Source: Marispirochaeta sp.
Lineage (GTDB): Bacteria > Spirochaetota > Spirochaetia > JC444 > Marispirochaetaceae
Direction of reading: 5' to 3'
Length of the DNA stretch: 64,000 bases
Assembly: GCA_963676835.2 (NCBI GenBank)
Contig: CAXXFF010000002.1
Location: 960,001 to 1,024,000 of the forward strand
Part shown: positions 60,525 to 64,000 of the stretch, piece after piece
Position numbering within the stretch: the stretch's first letter is position 1
Layout: each line of letters starts with the position of its first letter
Notes under the pieces: model-generated
Told to the model about the DNA's origin: nothing
Seen by the model: the letters and a program-made list of their open reading frames with translations, nothing else
Database searches by the model: none
Translations under genes and position numbers: made by a program

Positions 60525-60956
60525 ATGTTTGAAAAACTTGAGCACACTGCATTAAGTGTTGAGGATATTGAAAGATCACTGAAGTTTTACTGTGAGCTTC
60601 TTGGGTTTACGGTTCTGAAGAGATTGGAGCCAGATCCTGCGCTTCCTCAAGGTAAAGTATTAGATTTACAAGAAGATGCTGGAGCAAAGATTGCACATCT
60701 TGAATTGGGTGGTGTAATGCTTGAACTTTTTCAATTCGTTAAACCTCTTGGTAAGCCGCTTCCAAAAGAGTTTACTCAAGCAGATCATGGGTTTACACAC
60801 ATTGCATTGAAAACTCAGGATACTAAGGCTGCTTACCAGTACCTGGTTGATAGAGACGTGGAGTTTTATAGTGAGCCAGTAGAGTTTAGGCCTGGGGTTT
60901 GGATATGTTTTTTCCGTGGGCCTGATGGAGAAACTATAGAATTACGGCAGACATAA
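60525..60956 (+). CDS. VOC (glyoxalase/methylmalonyl-CoA epimerase-like) protein
   Basis: HTALSVEDIERSLKFY…LGF, LELFQF, HIAL, FFRGPDGETIEL (H/E/H/E metal set). Confidence 0.88.
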   Translation: MFEKLEHTALSVEDIERSLKFYCELLGFTVLKRLEPDPALPQGKVLDLQEDAGAKIAHLELGGVMLELFQFVKPLGKPLPKEFTQADHGFTHIALKTQDTKAAYQYLVDRDVEFYSEPVEFRPGVWICFFRGPDGETIELRQT

Positions 60957-60987
60957 ATTATACTCTTATTAGTCACCTCATAATCAA

Positions 60988-61020
60988 AAAAGGATAGAAT
61001 CAAAAATAGTCTATCCTTTT
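60988..61020. terminator. Bidirectional intrinsic terminator at the end of the islet operon
   Basis: AAAAGGATAGA…TCTATCCTTTT inverted repeat with A/T tails. Confidence 0.6.
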
Positions 61021-61094
61021 ATTTATGTACGAATACTGACGATTTTTATTCATAATTTGAGATTGGTCTTAAACGATAATCTAAGATGTTCTCC

Positions 61095-61123
61095 GGAATG
61101 ATGGGCCAGTTTCTGGTGGAGTA
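61095..61123 (+). repeat. Right 29-bp direct repeat (attR-like), displaced copy of the oxidase 3' end
   Basis: Identical to 53307-53335; with its flanks it still reads SGMMGQFLVE*. Confidence 0.92.
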
Positions 61124-61297
61124 AGTGGAGTATAAAAATAGATCCCGCTACCCTTTGTACTTGTTTTATGTACCGCCGAAAAAATAGGAACAGCCTATAT
61201 TTCTATTGGATGTGGGCGTAATGTAAGGTTTACCCAGATATTCTCCGGGAGTAAAAAAAATTGCAGTTGCGGGCCCTGTTTGTGCTACTATTCAAAT

Positions 61298-62398
61298 ATG
61301 CAGTCGGATATGCAGGAGAGCCGGAACAGCCTTGATCTCCACTTGATTGATAACGCTACGGGAAAGCTTCCCGAGGTTATCGGCGAGATCGATGATCTGG
61401 TGAAGATTGCCGCTAACGGGGATCTTCCCATGCAGGACAGGATCGAAGCCTATGAGGATATTATCGCCTCCGAGGTCGGGGATACCGCCATGCTCCGGGC
61501 CAGGAACATAGAACGTCAGTTTAACTTCCGTCAGCTGTTTCTCAAGTTTGAGGGATCAAATCCATCGGGTTCGCACAAGGACCGGATAGCCTTTGCCCAG
61601 GTGAACGATGCCCTCCGCCGGGGGTATGAAAAGATTGTATTTGCCACCTGCGGCAACTACGGTGTGGCCCTTGCTTTTGCTGCATCCCTCGCGGGGATAG
61701 CCTGCAAAATCTATATCCCAACAGCCTATCATCCCCAGCGGATCCCTGAGATGAAGACCTGGGATGCAGAGATTGTCCGGGCAGGTAATGACTACGAAGA
61801 GGCGGTGTACCTCTCCAGCAGGGAAGCCTTTGACGGGGATTATTACGATGCCAACCCGGGCGGGCAGAATACAGATCTTCAGCTGAAGGCATACGGGGAA
61901 ATCGCCTATGAAATTTATGATGAACTGAGGGATGCTCCCGCGGCGGTGGCAGTTCCGGTCTCCAACGGTACGACCCTGACAGGTATCTACCGGGGATTTG
62001 TGACTCTTTACCGGCGGGGAAAAACTTCCCGGATACCGAAAATTATCGCCGGGTCCACCTCCAACAAGAATCCTATAATTGTCTCATTCAAAAAAAACCT
62101 GGACTCCTGTGAAGATCTTAATCCGGCAAAAATTAAGGAGTCTCCCATAAACGAACCTCTTATAAACTGGCATTCCATCGACGGCACTATGGCTCTGACC
62201 TCTATACGCAACACAGGTGGCTGGGCATCGGATGCGCCGGATAAAAAGATGGCGGAATATGCGGGCTATATAAAAAAACATGAAGGCCTGTCGGTTATTC
62301 CCGCCTCCACCGCAGGGCTGATTGCCCTTTTGGAGTGGAACGCAAAAGAGGCGCTGCCGGGGGACCGCTATGTAGCAGTCCTTACGGGAAGGAGATAA
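61298..62398 (+). CDS. PLP-dependent enzyme, threonine synthase/fold-type II family
   Basis: LKFEGSNPSGSHKDR, ATCGNYG, VPVSNGTT, PAST, VAVLTG; start at 61298 or 61310. Confidence 0.85.
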   Translation: MQSDMQESRNSLDLHLIDNATGKLPEVIGEIDDLVKIAANGDLPMQDRIEAYEDIIASEVGDTAMLRARNIERQFNFRQLFLKFEGSNPSGSHKDRIAFAQVNDALRRGYEKIVFATCGNYGVALAFAASLAGIACKIYIPTAYHPQRIPEMKTWDAEIVRAGNDYEEAVYLSSREAFDGDYYDANPGGQNTDLQLKAYGEIAYEIYDELRDAPAAVAVPVSNGTTLTGIYRGFVTLYRRGKTSRIPKIIAGSTSNKNPIIVSFKKNLDSCEDLNPAKIKESPINEPLINWHSIDGTMALTSIRNTGGWASDAPDKKMAEYAGYIKKHEGLSVIPASTAGLIALLEWNAKEALPGDRYVAVLTGRR

Positions 62399-62400
62399 GC

Positions 62401-63471
62401 ATGAAACCCGAAGGAAACGCGGTTGTCTACTGCGAAGGGGCATTTACAACAACCTATGGAAAAACCGCCCATGGACTGGTGCGCTTTACCGAGCGCTACC
62501 GGGTGGTGGCTGTAATAGACAGTACCTGCGCCGGCAGAGATGCCGGTGAGGTCCTGGAGCATAGGCCGAAAGATATTCCCCTGATTGAATCTCTTGAAGC
62601 TGCCTTTGATCTTGCCGCGGAGCGGGGGCTTCCCCTGACCCATTTTGTAATCGGTCTTGCTACCGACGGGGGATATGTAACGGATGAAATCCGTGCCGCA
62701 GCCCGGGAAGCTCTGGAAGCAGGCTTGAATGTCGATTCGGGACTGCACGACTATCTTGGGGAAGATGAGGCCTTAATGACACTGGCTGCATCGAAAAAAG
62801 TACAAATCCGGGATATCCGCAAAGCCCCGGCAGATGCAAATCATATGTTTTCGGGTCGCATAAGTGAGGTAGGTGCTCTGCGGGTTGCCCTGCTGGGCAC
62901 CGATTCGGCTGTCGGCAAGCGCACCACCGCCTGGAAAATGGCCCATGGGCTGCAGCAGAAAGGCTATTCTGCGGAGTTTATCGGAACCGGGCAGACTGCC
63001 TGGCTTCAGGGCGCTGAGTTCAGCATTGTGCTGGACAGCCTGATAAACGACTATGTCAGCGGTGAGCTTGAGAATGTGGTTCTGCGGGCCTGGGATGCAA
63101 AGCAGATGGACTTTGCCATTATTGAAGGACAGGGAAGTCTTATGAACCCCGGCTATCCCGGCGGGTTTGAGATACTGGCTGCCTGCAGACCGGACTGCAT
63201 CATTATGCAGCATGCTCCTGCGCGACTTGAGTACGACGGCTTTGCCGGATATCCGGTTGATTCAATTGAAGATCAGATATTTCTGGCGGAGTTCCTGTCA
63301 AAAAAGAAGGTAGTTGCCGTTACGGTTAATGATGAGAATATCTCTGTTGAAAATATTGATCAGGAATGTGAAAAGCTCAGGGATCGAACCGGCCTTCCGG
63401 TAGTTGCTCCTCTGCATCATAGCCTTGATCCTGTTATTTCTTGTCTGGAAGAACTCCGTCGGGCCAAATGA
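62401..63471 (+). CDS. DUF1611 family protein (DgcN-like P-loop protein)
   Basis: GKTAHGLVR, SGLH, GTDSAVGKRTT, GTGQT, IEGQGSL. Confidence 0.85.
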   Translation: MKPEGNAVVYCEGAFTTTYGKTAHGLVRFTERYRVVAVIDSTCAGRDAGEVLEHRPKDIPLIESLEAAFDLAAERGLPLTHFVIGLATDGGYVTDEIRAAAREALEAGLNVDSGLHDYLGEDEALMTLAASKKVQIRDIRKAPADANHMFSGRISEVGALRVALLGTDSAVGKRTTAWKMAHGLQQKGYSAEFIGTGQTAWLQGAEFSIVLDSLINDYVSGELENVVLRAWDAKQMDFAIIEGQGSLMNPGYPGGFEILAACRPDCIIMQHAPARLEYDGFAGYPVDSIEDQIFLAEFLSKKKVVAVTVNDENISVENIDQECEKLRDRTGLPVVAPLHHSLDPVISCLEELRRAK

Positions 63472-64000
63472 AAATAACCTCTGTTGAACTTATCCGGCTC
63501 TCTATGGAGATGGCGGAGCCGTATCAGGTGGCCTACAACACCTTTACCAGGGCGGAGAATATTCTTATTCGGATTACCGCCGGAGGGATAGACGGCTGGG
63601 GCTGTATTGCCCCCGACCCTGATGTTACCGGTGAAGATCTTTTGGAAATTCACGGGACAGCAGAAACAATTCTGCCCGGACTTTTGAAGGGTGAAGATGC
63701 CATGCGCCGGGCTTTTATTCTGAACAGACTGAGAAAGCAGACTCCCGGCCTGTTCAGCCTTCATTCTGGAGTTGATATCGCCCTCTGGGATCTGCTGGGA
63801 AAAAAGGCGGGACTGCCGGTTTGGAAGATTCTCGGCGGTTACCGGGAAAAGATAAAAACCAGTGTAACCATCGGTATCTGCGGAGTGCCGGATACGATCA
63901 AACAGGCGGATGCGTTTCTTCGGGAGGGCTGGCAGATACTCAAAATTAAAGGCGGATTGAATGTGGAAACTGATATTATCCGCCTTCATGAATTGCGGGG
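63468..64000 (+). CDS. Dipeptide epimerase (L-Ala-D/L-Glu epimerase/DgcA-like, enolase superfamily), runs off the window end
   Basis: ATGA overlap with DUF1611; MKITSVE…EPYQVAY…GWG…VTGE…GVDIALWDLLGKKAGLPVWKILGG…TSVTIGI…LKIKGG. Confidence 0.88.
   Translation, partial: MKITSVELIRLSMEMAEPYQVAYNTFTRAENILIRITAGGIDGWGCIAPDPDVTGEDLLEIHGTAETILPGLLKGEDAMRRAFILNRLRKQTPGLFSLHSGVDIALWDLLGKKAGLPVWKILGGYREKIKTSVTIGICGVPDTIKQADAFLREGWQILKIKGGLNVETDIIRLHELR

Larger units (their letters stand above)
53336..61123. mobile_element. 7.8-kb AT-rich genomic islet inserted at the oxidase 3' end; no integrase visible
   Basis: Bounded by 29-bp direct repeats 7788 bp apart; abrupt shift to AT-rich sequence and A/T-ending codons inside. 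Confidence 0.8.

Noticed and set aside
61084..61250. Short imperfect repeat AGAT(G/A)TTCTCCGG at 61084 and 61236
   Set aside because: Only about 13 bp with a mismatch; could be chance and is not needed to explain the islet boundary.

Overview
Bacterial chromosomal window. The gene repertoire and lipoprotein signals suggest a free-living anaerobic spirochaete (inference only). From left to right: the 3' end of a CopA-type ATPase fused to a CopZ-like domain; two duplicated REC-PAS regulators with no output domain; an orphan glycyl radical enzyme and its activase; a LacI-controlled catabolic cluster (GH88-like hydrolase, frameshifted flavin oxidoreductase, FAD protein, SDR, TIM-barrel isomerase, TctCBA transporter, Gfo/Idh/MocA) marked by four TGTTGCATGCAACA-type operators; a TolC-RND-MFP pump; an antiporter-PTS EIIA fusion; an AT-richer TRAP/amidohydrolase/membrane-AraC block; two toxin-antitoxin pairs; several hybrid histidine kinases and an HD-GYP regulator; and a CsoR-box operon with an unannotated 45-aa LDCC peptide and a multicopper oxidase. 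A 7.8-kb AT-rich, integrase-less sugar/cyclitol island sits in the 3' end of that oxidase gene, bounded by 29-bp direct repeats. The window ends in a PLP enzyme-DUF1611-dipeptide epimerase operon. Four reading-frame breaks were found by eye. I saw no rRNA, tRNA, CRISPR array or transposase. All family assignments come from motif recognition, not database searches.
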